A stretch of DNA of 62,435 nucleotides from NCBI GenBank assembly GCA_023666145.1, contig JAMPCO010000004.1, positions 1 to 62,435 of the forward strand, given 5' to 3'. The stretch is from Prevotella sp. Its GTDB lineage: Bacteria > Bacillota > Clostridia > Christensenellales > UBA1242. The notes below the pieces were generated by a model that was not told where the DNA came from, searched no databases, and saw only the letters and a program-made list of their open reading frames with translations. Both the position numbers and the translations under genes were made by a program. Every line of letters begins with the position of its first letter. Position 1 is the first letter of the stretch. Below, one piece after another: positions 21,521-28,807 of this stretch.

Positions 21521-21863
21521 TTACGCGCATGAAGAAAAAAACACACATGACGCACCTTTGGAACAAGCGGCGATACAACCCAATGTGGACATCAATGCAC
21601 TCCGAAAGTCTTACAGTGAATTGCAAAGCGCTTTCACCAAAAAGGCACAAGCCTACAAAGAACTGGAACAGAAAATAAACTCCATGCCCAGCCGGGAGGA
21701 AATCATTCGGGAGTATTTATTGACGAACAACAGTGCGGAGGCGCCTGCGGTGTTGACCAGTTCTTCGTCGGCTTTTGATTTTGCCAAAGAAAAGCACCCA
21801 ACCAGTTTGGCGCAAGCCGATCGGTTGGCCTGTGAATATTTCAAAAAAGGAGTCTCAAAATGA
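21504..21863 (+). CDS. Putative capsid scaffolding protein
   Basis: Between portal and capsid; coiled coil LRKSYSELQSAFTKKAQ typical of scaffolds; charged N-terminus. Confidence 0.6.
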   Translation: MENQTDYAHEEKNTHDAPLEQAAIQPNVDINALRKSYSELQSAFTKKAQAYKELEQKINSMPSREEIIREYLLTNNSAEAPAVLTSSSSAFDFAKEKHPTSLAQADRLACEYFKKGVSK

Positions 21864-23071
21864 TTACAGTAGCAACAGCAGAAAATGCGTTAAGAAACAT
21901 CTATTTAGATACCGTGCTTAACGACATTAACAAAAAAACAAACCCATTTTTAACGATGGTGGAAGAAAACGCACGTACCGCCAGTGGTAAGAATGCTAAG
22001 TTCAGTATTCGTTACGGCGCGGCATCGGTTGGTGCTGGCACCGAAACGGGTGATTTACCAGTATCTGATAGTGAAAAAGCCATTGAACTGTCGGTACCCT
22101 TGAAAAACTTGTATGGTACCTTCCAAATTAGCGATAAGGCTTTGAAAGCGGCGTCATTAGACCCGAATGCGTTTGCGTCATTATTAGGCGGTGAAATGCA
22201 AAATTTGGTTGCTGCGGCGCAAAACAATTTAGCCACGATGCTGTATGGCAATGGTTCCAAATTGTTGGCGGTCTTTGATGTGAATGACTTTCAAAATGAA
22301 TCACACAAATTGATTAAAGTCGGTACCAAATACATTGGTAATTTTACCAAAGGAATGAAGGTGCAAATTTTGGACGGAGCAGGACAATATGTTACCGACC
22401 CCGAAAGCGACAATACGGTGACCGCGGTTAGTCCTGTTTCTGGCATCATTACCATCAGTGATGGACTGTTGTCCAGCAAAGCCGACCGTTTCTACATTTA
22501 CAATCCCGATGACGATCAAACCAACATGAATGGGATTGACAGTGTGTTCGCAACCAATATGTACGGCGTAAATATCAATAGCCATCCCGAAATCGCACCC
22601 TGTAATTACCGCGATGCTGGTGATACTTTACGCGTCTTGAACGAAGATGTCGCGTTGGAATTCTTGGATGAATACGAAGAATATTGTCAAGGTATGGCAG
22701 CGGATATTATTTTGACGCACCCACGTGTTCGGAAAGCGATTTTCGAATCGTTGAAAAATACGCGTTCCAACATTGCAACGGCGGAACTGGCAGGTGGCTT
22801 CCAAGGCTTCACCTTTAACGGTATCCCGATGTACAGTGATGTCAAATGTAAAGCCGGGAACCTGTACGCATTAAACAGTAAATCGTTTGCGATGCATCAA
22901 CTTTGTGATTGGACGTGGTTGTCCAACGAAGACGGTAGCATTTTGAAACAGTTACCTGGTAAAGCCACTTACATGGCAACCTTGGTTAAATATGCTGATT
23001 TGATTTGCGATAAACCGTTCTTGCAAGGCCGTTGCAGTAACTTCTCGGCATTAAACTGGAAAGCGGAGTAA
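21860..23071 (+). CDS. Putative phage major capsid protein (HK97 fold inferred)
   Basis: Position and size (403 aa); E-loop-like ETGDLP...KNLYGTFQISD, LYGNG, GF.G.TFNGIP..D patterns; strong SD AAGGAG; ATGA overlap. Confidence 0.72.
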   Translation: MITVATAENALRNIYLDTVLNDINKKTNPFLTMVEENARTASGKNAKFSIRYGAASVGAGTETGDLPVSDSEKAIELSVPLKNLYGTFQISDKALKAASLDPNAFASLLGGEMQNLVAAAQNNLATMLYGNGSKLLAVFDVNDFQNESHKLIKVGTKYIGNFTKGMKVQILDGAGQYVTDPESDNTVTAVSPVSGIITISDGLLSSKADRFYIYNPDDDQTNMNGIDSVFATNMYGVNINSHPEIAPCNYRDAGDTLRVLNEDVALEFLDEYEEYCQGMAADIILTHPRVRKAIFESLKNTRSNIATAELAGGFQGFTFNGIPMYSDVKCKAGNLYALNSKSFAMHQLCDWTWLSNEDGSILKQLPGKATYMATLVKYADLICDKPFLQGRCSNFSALNWKAE

Positions 23072-23077
23072 TGTCAG

Positions 23078-23401
23078 ATGCAAAAAATTTATCATGACCT
23101 GTTCCATATTACCGAACGCATTTTGCAAATTGACCCGTTTTACAAAATTTATTGGAACGGAGAACGTGAGCGGTTTGAAGTGTTCTGGCATGGTAAATTG
23201 GCTTTCGTCGTCCCGTTTGATGCCTTAGATGTGCGGACGTTAACCTATACGCAACGGACACGGCGCGAAAACGCTGATGACATTGAACGGGAAATTGACG
23301 AAGGTAACGCGGCTATCTTCCAAGCGCAAGCCAAAAAAATTGAGGCCATGAAAGCCCAAATAAAGGATTATGTAAAATATGATTTTGAAAAATTTAATTA
23401 G
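23078..23401 (+). CDS. Hypothetical protein in the phage head module
   Basis: 107-aa ORF directly after the capsid gene. Confidence 0.55.
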   Translation: MQKIYHDLFHITERILQIDPFYKIYWNGERERFEVFWHGKLAFVVPFDALDVRTLTYTQRTRRENADDIEREIDEGNAAIFQAQAKKIEAMKAQIKDYVKYDFEKFN

Positions 23402-23711
23402 TGATGCCAACGACATTCTCGGCTTGAAAATTGATTGGCAAAATACCGCTACTGACGACAATTACTTACAACTATTTGCCTGCACGCGTTTGGTCATTAA
23501 CGCTTTGACGGGAATTTGGCCGACGTCGGATGGCACCCACATTGACCCCACAGACTATGGGCTGGATAACGCCACCCTGGTTTATGGCATCTTGTCGGAA
23601 TACGCCTTTGTCGCAGGTATGTTTAACGAATGGAAAGTTTGGCAAGAAAAATACAACGCAGGTTTGTTTAAGGCGCAAAATGGTAAATCCCGCATCCTGC
23701 CAGTTCGCTAA
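23379..23711 (+). CDS. Putative head-tail adaptor/neck protein
   Basis: 110-aa helical ORF overlapping both neighbours; called by position only. Confidence 0.4.
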   Translation: MILKNLISDANDILGLKIDWQNTATDDNYLQLFACTRLVINALTGIWPTSDGTHIDPTDYGLDNATLVYGILSEYAFVAGMFNEWKVWQEKYNAGLFKAQNGKSRILPVR

Positions 23712-24534
23712 TTACCGCAGCGTTCGTTTCAACTTGGACAACTTCGCCTTGCCCGTGGTTGTTACCAAAAAGAAAAACACGATTTATACCAATTATTTGG
23801 TGGGGCTGAAAGGAACAAAACACCAATTACTGTCGTTGGGTGAGCCAGTACCAACATATGGTTATGACCATGTCGCAGAATGGAACACCTATATCTTTGC
23901 TTCGAATAACGAAGGGCTGTATTATGCCAATCGCTATCGTTTGCAGTTTGAACCATTGAATGAGGCAGTCTACCCGAAACAACTTTTGGTGGCATTTAAC
24001 CGCCTGTTGATGATTTCCGAGAATCAAAAACGCATTTTTTATTCGGTTGCGATGGATGGGACTTGGGGCAACGGTACGTTTATGGACAATGCCATTTATG
24101 TTCCCGATAATTATGGACTGTGTCTGGAAATGCGCCATTATCAAGGGAAAGTGTTATTGATTTGTGAGGAAGGGTTGCTGACGATTAACCGCCATTTAGT
24201 TTTAGAGCATTTGGCCGATGACAGTGAAATGTTAAAAGCCAATCGAGTCAGCAGTAACCAATGCCTGTGGGAGAGTGATTGGTTCAGTTTAGGCTACGCG
24301 ACCGACACCCAAACATTACGCGAGATTTTCTTGAAAACTAACGTGAGTTTAACTTTGACGGTGACGTCGAACCGCACACAACGCAACATCCCGATTACAG
24401 GAGCCAATCAAGTGCAAAAAATTAAAATTAACTTGAACGGCGATCAATTCAAATTAGCGTTGTCGATGTCCAATACCAGTGACTTAGCGGTGTCCGATTT
24501 CGCCGCCGTCGTGACTTACGGTAAAAGGGGGTAG
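23680..24534 (+). CDS. Putative head-stabilisation/nozzle-like protein (beta-rich)
   Basis: 284 aa from ATG 23680; propeller-like repeats and WESDWFSLG...KINLNGDQFKL C-terminus reminiscent of P22 gp10-type proteins; positional inference. Confidence 0.4.
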   Translation: MVNPASCQFANYRSVRFNLDNFALPVVVTKKKNTIYTNYLVGLKGTKHQLLSLGEPVPTYGYDHVAEWNTYIFASNNEGLYYANRYRLQFEPLNEAVYPKQLLVAFNRLLMISENQKRIFYSVAMDGTWGNGTFMDNAIYVPDNYGLCLEMRHYQGKVLLICEEGLLTINRHLVLEHLADDSEMLKANRVSSNQCLWESDWFSLGYATDTQTLREIFLKTNVSLTLTVTSNRTQRNIPITGANQVQKIKINLNGDQFKLALSMSNTSDLAVSDFAAVVTYGKRG

Positions 24535-24541
24535 ACTTTCA

Positions 24542-24649
24542 GTGAAAGCGTGTGTGAAAAAATTCTTAAAAAAACTGTGGGCGGTTTTGTTGCATATCTT
24601 TTGCGGCGTTCCTTGTCGGCACGATGACGAACCTAAGGCCAGCGAATAA
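24542..24649 (+). CDS. Unannotated 35-aa cationic amphipathic peptide
   Basis: GTG...TAA reads MKACVKKFLKKLWAVLLHIFCGVPCRHDDEPKASE; AAGGGGG SD-like sequence upstream; fills the gap before the pnp promoter. Confidence 0.4.
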   Translation: MKACVKKFLKKLWAVLLHIFCGVPCRHDDEPKASE

Positions 24650-24653
24650 AAAA

Positions 24654-24682
24654 TTGCGCAAGTCGTGAACTTATGATAAAAT
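24654..24682 (+). promoter_or_regulatory. sigA promoter for leaderless pnp
   Basis: TTGCGC-17-TAAAAT with extended -10 TG; ATG 24690 starts 7 nt after the -10. Confidence 0.7.
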
Positions 24683-24689
24683 GACATTT

Positions 24690-26798
24690 ATGGATAATAA
24701 AAAATGGACAACTACGATTGGTAATCGTACAGTAACTGTAGAAACTGGCGCTTTGTGCGGCTTGGCACATGGTACGTGTTTGGTCAGTTGCGGTGAAACC
24801 GTAATTATGGCCAATGTGACGATGGCGGATCAACCGCGCGACGGGATTGATTTCTTCCCGTTGGGCGTCGATTTCCAAGAAAAATTATATTCTGTTGGTA
24901 AAATTCCTGGCGGATTTACTAGGCGTGAGGGACGCGGTGGCGATAAGGCAATTTTGACCAGTCGCTTAATCGATCGTCCCTTGCGTCCTTTGTTTGATAA
25001 GGCTTTGCACAACGATGTTGCCGTGGTGGTAACGACTTTGTCGGTTGACCCTGATGTCGCGCCCGAACCATTGGGAATGTTGGCGTCATCGGTGGCATTA
25101 ACCATCAGTGATATTCCGTGGAATGGCCCGACGGGTGCCGTGCAAGTGGCACGCGTGGGTGGTAAATTGATCTGCAATCCCACCGCCGCAGAACAAGACC
25201 AAAGCGATTTACATTTAACGGTCAGTGGTACCAGTGAAGCCGTGTTAATGGTGGAGGCGGGTGCCCATGAAGTGAGTGAAGCCGATATGGTTGATGCGAT
25301 TATGTTTGCCCACGAGGAAATTAAAAATTTGTGTGAATTCCAAGTCGGGATTGCGAAAAAGGTCGGCAAAGAAAAACGTAAAGTCGCTTTGCACGTGGTT
25401 GACAGTAATTTGGAAGAACAAGTGCGTGCTTTTGCCACCAGTTTTATTGAAACGGCTTTGAAAGAAACCGATACATTGAAACGTCGGGTCGAAGAGGACA
25501 AAGTGCAAACGATTGTGGCGGATCAATTCGCGGGTATTTGGGACGAAAGTAAAGCGGATATCATCGCCGTCATGAATAAAATCAAAAAGGAAATCGTGCG
25601 TGATAAAATTTTGAACCAGGGTGTACGTCCTGACGGTCGTGGTACCAAAGATATTCGTCCGATTTGGGTGACAACTGGTTTGTTGCCGCGTACGCATGGT
25701 TCGGCGGTATTCACCCGTGGTAATACCCAAGTCCTGAACGTTTGTACGTTGGGAATGTTGAGTGATGCCCAAAAATTGGACGGAATTGATGACGAAGAAG
25801 CCAAACGTTATATGCACCAATACAATATGCCACCGTATGCAACGGGGGAAGCGCGTCAATTACGGGCACCTGGACGGCGCGAAATTGGGCATGGTGCTTT
25901 GGCGGAACGCGCGTTACTGCCGGTCTTGCCCAGTGAAGAAGAATTCCCATATGCCATTCGTACGGTCAGTGAAGTTTTGTCCAGTAATGGTAGTTCTTCC
26001 ATGGCTTCGGTTTGTGGCAGTTCGATGTCGTTGATGAATGCGGGCGTACCAATCAAAGCCGCGGTAGCGGGCATTGCGATGGGCTTGATAAAGGATCAAA
26101 ACAGTCGCAAAGTGGCGGTCTTAACCGATATTCAAGGTGTGGAAGATTTTTACGGCGACATGGATTTCAAAGTGGCTGGTACCGAAAAAGGCATTACCGC
26201 GATTCAAATGGATATCAAAATTGCGGGAATTGATAAGGAGATTATTACGACCGCTTTGGCACAAGCGCGGGAAGGTCGTTTGAAAATTTTGAAAATTATG
26301 AACGCCGAAATTAAGGCACCCGCGAAAGAAATTTCGCGCTATGCGCCTAAGGTTGTAACGTTCAAAATCAACCCTGACAAAATCAAGGACGTTATCGGCA
26401 GTGGTGGTAAGGTGATTAACAAAATCATTGAACAGACTGGTGTTAAGATTGACATTGAAGATGACGGTAAAGTTTTCATTGGTGGTGCGGAAGCCGCGAT
26501 GGTGGAAAAAGCCAAAGCGATTATTGCCGACATCGTGTTGGAACCCGAAGTTGGTCAAATCTTTGAAGGCACCGTGGTGCGTATCTTGGATTTTGGTTGT
26601 TTTGTGAAATTGACCGAAGCGTTGGAAGGCATGGTGCATATTTCTAAGTTAGCGAAGGAACGTGTCAATAAGGTTGAAGACGTCGTTAAAGTCGGTGACA
26701 AAATTAAAGTCAAAGTCATTAAAATTGACGAAAAAGGACGGGTCGATTTGCAACGGATTGTTACGCCGTCAATGCCAAAAGACGCCCCAGCGAAGTAA
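24690..26798 (+). CDS. pnp: Polyribonucleotide nucleotidyltransferase (PNPase)
   Basis: FFPLGVDF, SRLIDRPLRP, RREIGHGALAERA, SNGSSSMAS, GDMDFKVAG, KH and S1 domains. Confidence 0.98.
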   Translation: MDNKKWTTTIGNRTVTVETGALCGLAHGTCLVSCGETVIMANVTMADQPRDGIDFFPLGVDFQEKLYSVGKIPGGFTRREGRGGDKAILTSRLIDRPLRPLFDKALHNDVAVVVTTLSVDPDVAPEPLGMLASSVALTISDIPWNGPTGAVQVARVGGKLICNPTAAEQDQSDLHLTVSGTSEAVLMVEAGAHEVSEADMVDAIMFAHEEIKNLCEFQVGIAKKVGKEKRKVALHVVDSNLEEQVRAFATSFIETALKETDTLKRRVEEDKVQTIVADQFAGIWDESKADIIAVMNKIKKEIVRDKILNQGVRPDGRGTKDIRPIWVTTGLLPRTHGSAVFTRGNTQVLNVCTLGMLSDAQKLDGIDDEEAKRYMHQYNMPPYATGEARQLRAPGRREIGHGALAERALLPVLPSEEEFPYAIRTVSEVLSSNGSSSMASVCGSSMSLMNAGVPIKAAVAGIAMGLIKDQNSRKVAVLTDIQGVEDFYGDMDFKVAGTEKGITAIQMDIKIAGIDKEIITTALAQAREGRLKILKIMNAEIKAPAKEISRYAPKVVTFKINPDKIKDVIGSGGKVINKIIEQTGVKIDIEDDGKVFIGGAEAAMVEKAKAIIADIVLEPEVGQIFEGTVVRILDFGCFVKLTEALEGMVHISKLAKERVNKVEDVVKVGDKIKVKVIKIDEKGRVDLQRIVTPSMPKDAPAK

Positions 26799-27474
26799 TT
26801 TTCAAACCGCGCGTTAAATAGTCAGCGGCGATTTGGGCAAAACATTGCATGGTGGCAGTGGTGGGTTTGAGCGCGATAATGTCGCCGGCTTGCACATTGT
26901 AGGTGGCGTAGGAGAGGACAAGATTACTGTCGGCGGTGTCCCAATCAATCACCGCGTTGCGGTCGGTGGGTAACACGGTGGTGTAGCCTAAATTGCTGGC
27001 CATGGCTAAGGTGTGTTTGTTGAATAACGCGGCGGGTGGGGTAAACACGGACATTTGGGTGTTGGTTAGCGAATGCACTAAAGCATCACTGAGACGGATT
27101 TCTTCAATAATTAAATTTTTATCTGCGATATTCAAGGCAGTGTTGGAAAAGCCATAATTGCCCAGTTCGTGACTGGTGGCTAAGTTTTGCAATAATTCCA
27201 AATTGTTAATGGCGGCGGAGCCCGTAAAGAAAAATGTTGCGGTGGCTTCGGCAGCGGATAAGGAATCCAGCATCGGGGGCAGGTTGTTGGCTAATTGGGC
27301 GTCGTCAACGATGAACATGATTGCCACTTGGTTGCTGTCGCGTTTACCATTCGACAGGGGGGCGTTAACGGTAAGGTAAGTTTGGGTGACGTTTAAGGTA
27401 CTGACCAGTAAACCCAATACCAATAAAACGCTGCAAATAATGCTATTCGTGATGACGACTTTTTTATTGGGCAT
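26761..27474 (-). CDS. Polysaccharide deacetylase-like protein (YlxY/SwsB-like), catalytically degenerate
   Basis: N-terminal TM; ATATFFFTG, HELGNYGFSN (HxxxH lost), FTPP, IDW; lies between pnp and an M16 peptidase as ylxY does in Bacillus. Confidence 0.7.
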   Translation of the reverse strand: MPNKKVVITNSIICSVLLVLGLLVSTLNVTQTYLTVNAPLSNGKRDSNQVAIMFIVDDAQLANNLPPMLDSLSAAEATATFFFTGSAAINNLELLQNLATSHELGNYGFSNTALNIADKNLIIEEIRLSDALVHSLTNTQMSVFTPPAALFNKHTLAMASNLGYTTVLPTDRNAVIDWDTADSNLVLSYATYNVQAGDIIALKPTTATMQCFAQIAADYLTRGLKITSLGRLLALTA

Positions 27475-27531
27475 CTTAACTATCAATATTATAATTTGCG
27501 TAAAATTATGTTTTTCGTGTATGATAACGGT

Positions 27532-28767
27532 ATGGATACCATTATTAAAACTTACCCCAATGGATTGCGGTTGGTGGTGACCCCCATGGCGAATTTCAAA
27601 AGCGTGGCTTTCCGCGTGTATATTATGGCGGGCAGTGGCGAGGAAACCAAGGACGAAGAAGGCTTGTCGCATTTTTGTGAACATATGTTGTTCAAAGGGA
27701 CAACCAAACGGACTGGTCAACAAATCATTGACGAATTTGCGCGCTTAGGGGTGGCGTACAATGCGTGGACCAGTGAAAGTGCGACCTGCTATCACACCAA
27801 GGGGATTGCGGACAATTTGGAAAACTGTGTGGATTTGTTGGCGGATATGTATTTCAATACCAAATTTACTGATGACGATTTTGATAAGGAAGGTGATGTG
27901 ATTGTGCAAGAAATCGCCATGCACGATGACCGCCCGACTTCGGTGTTGTACGACAAAATGAACGCCGTGTTTTACCAAGGTACCAAATACGAACATCCTG
28001 TAGCGGGGTATGCGGACGCCATTAAAAAATATCAACCCCAGGATATTTACCGTTATCTTAAAAAACATTACATCGCACCGAACACTATCATTGCTTTTGC
28101 TGGTGATATTTCGGTCGCACGGGCGGAAGAGTTAGTGGCTCAATATTTTTTACCATTCATGGCCACAACGGTGGCGCAACCCAAACAAAGACAGAATATT
28201 CCCGCGATTCAACCGCCAGCGTCACGTTCGCAAGTGAAAAAGGATACGAAGCAACAACATGTGGCTTTGGCCTTTCCCGTTTGCAATCAATACAGTGCCG
28301 ACCGTCATGCTTTGTGTCTTTTCAGTTTGTTGTTTGGTGGTGATATGAGCAGTCGTTTGTTTATCAATGTACGGGAAAAATTAGGCTTGGTGTATTCCAT
28401 CTCGGCCGAGATGGAACTGAGTGATATTGGCGGTAATTTAATGGTGCGCTTTTCTTGTACGCCGCAAAACACCCAAAAAGTCATCGATGTGGTTGGAAAA
28501 GAAATAGAAACTTTGCGCCGTGAAGGAGTGACGGAAGATGAATTGTTGAAGTACCGTAATCAATGGCGGATGCAACGTTTAATGGACAGCGAAGTTACCA
28601 GTTTCGTAAACGACCGCGCAACCAGTCAAGTGGCAACCCATAACCGCATTATCGGTATGGAAGAAGAATTAAAAATTGTCGATGCTTTGACAGTCTCCGA
28701 TGTTAATGCCGTGATTAAAAAATATTTATTGCCAGATCACATGATTACGGTTATTGTCGGTAAATAA
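27532..28767 (+). CDS. M16 family zinc peptidase (MlpA/YmxG-like)
   Basis: Inverted zincin HFCEH, MLFKGT, NAWTS, MSSRLF..VREKLGLVYSI. Confidence 0.9.
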   Translation: MDTIIKTYPNGLRLVVTPMANFKSVAFRVYIMAGSGEETKDEEGLSHFCEHMLFKGTTKRTGQQIIDEFARLGVAYNAWTSESATCYHTKGIADNLENCVDLLADMYFNTKFTDDDFDKEGDVIVQEIAMHDDRPTSVLYDKMNAVFYQGTKYEHPVAGYADAIKKYQPQDIYRYLKKHYIAPNTIIAFAGDISVARAEELVAQYFLPFMATTVAQPKQRQNIPAIQPPASRSQVKKDTKQQHVALAFPVCNQYSADRHALCLFSLLFGGDMSSRLFINVREKLGLVYSISAEMELSDIGGNLMVRFSCTPQNTQKVIDVVGKEIETLRREGVTEDELLKYRNQWRMQRLMDSEVTSFVNDRATSQVATHNRIIGMEEELKIVDALTVSDVNAVIKKYLLPDHMITVIVGK

Positions 28768-28807
28768 TATTTTACGAAAATTAAATTTTTGTTTATAATT
28801 TATGGTA

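Larger units (their letters stand above)
18951..24649 (+). mobile_element. Phage-derived head/packaging module without integrase, replication or tail-tube genes (GTA-like or domesticated prophage remnant)
   Basis: Co-oriented, tightly packed terminase-portal-scaffold-capsid-neck gene order between housekeeping genes sigK and pnp. Confidence 0.75.

Noticed and set aside
21860-23071. Encapsulin nanocompartment
   Set aside because: Linked intact terminase and portal-like genes indicate DNA packaging rather than protein cargo.
18951-24534. Complete inducible prophage or skin element
   Set aside because: No integrase/recombinase, att repeats, replication or lysis genes seen, and sigK is uninterrupted.
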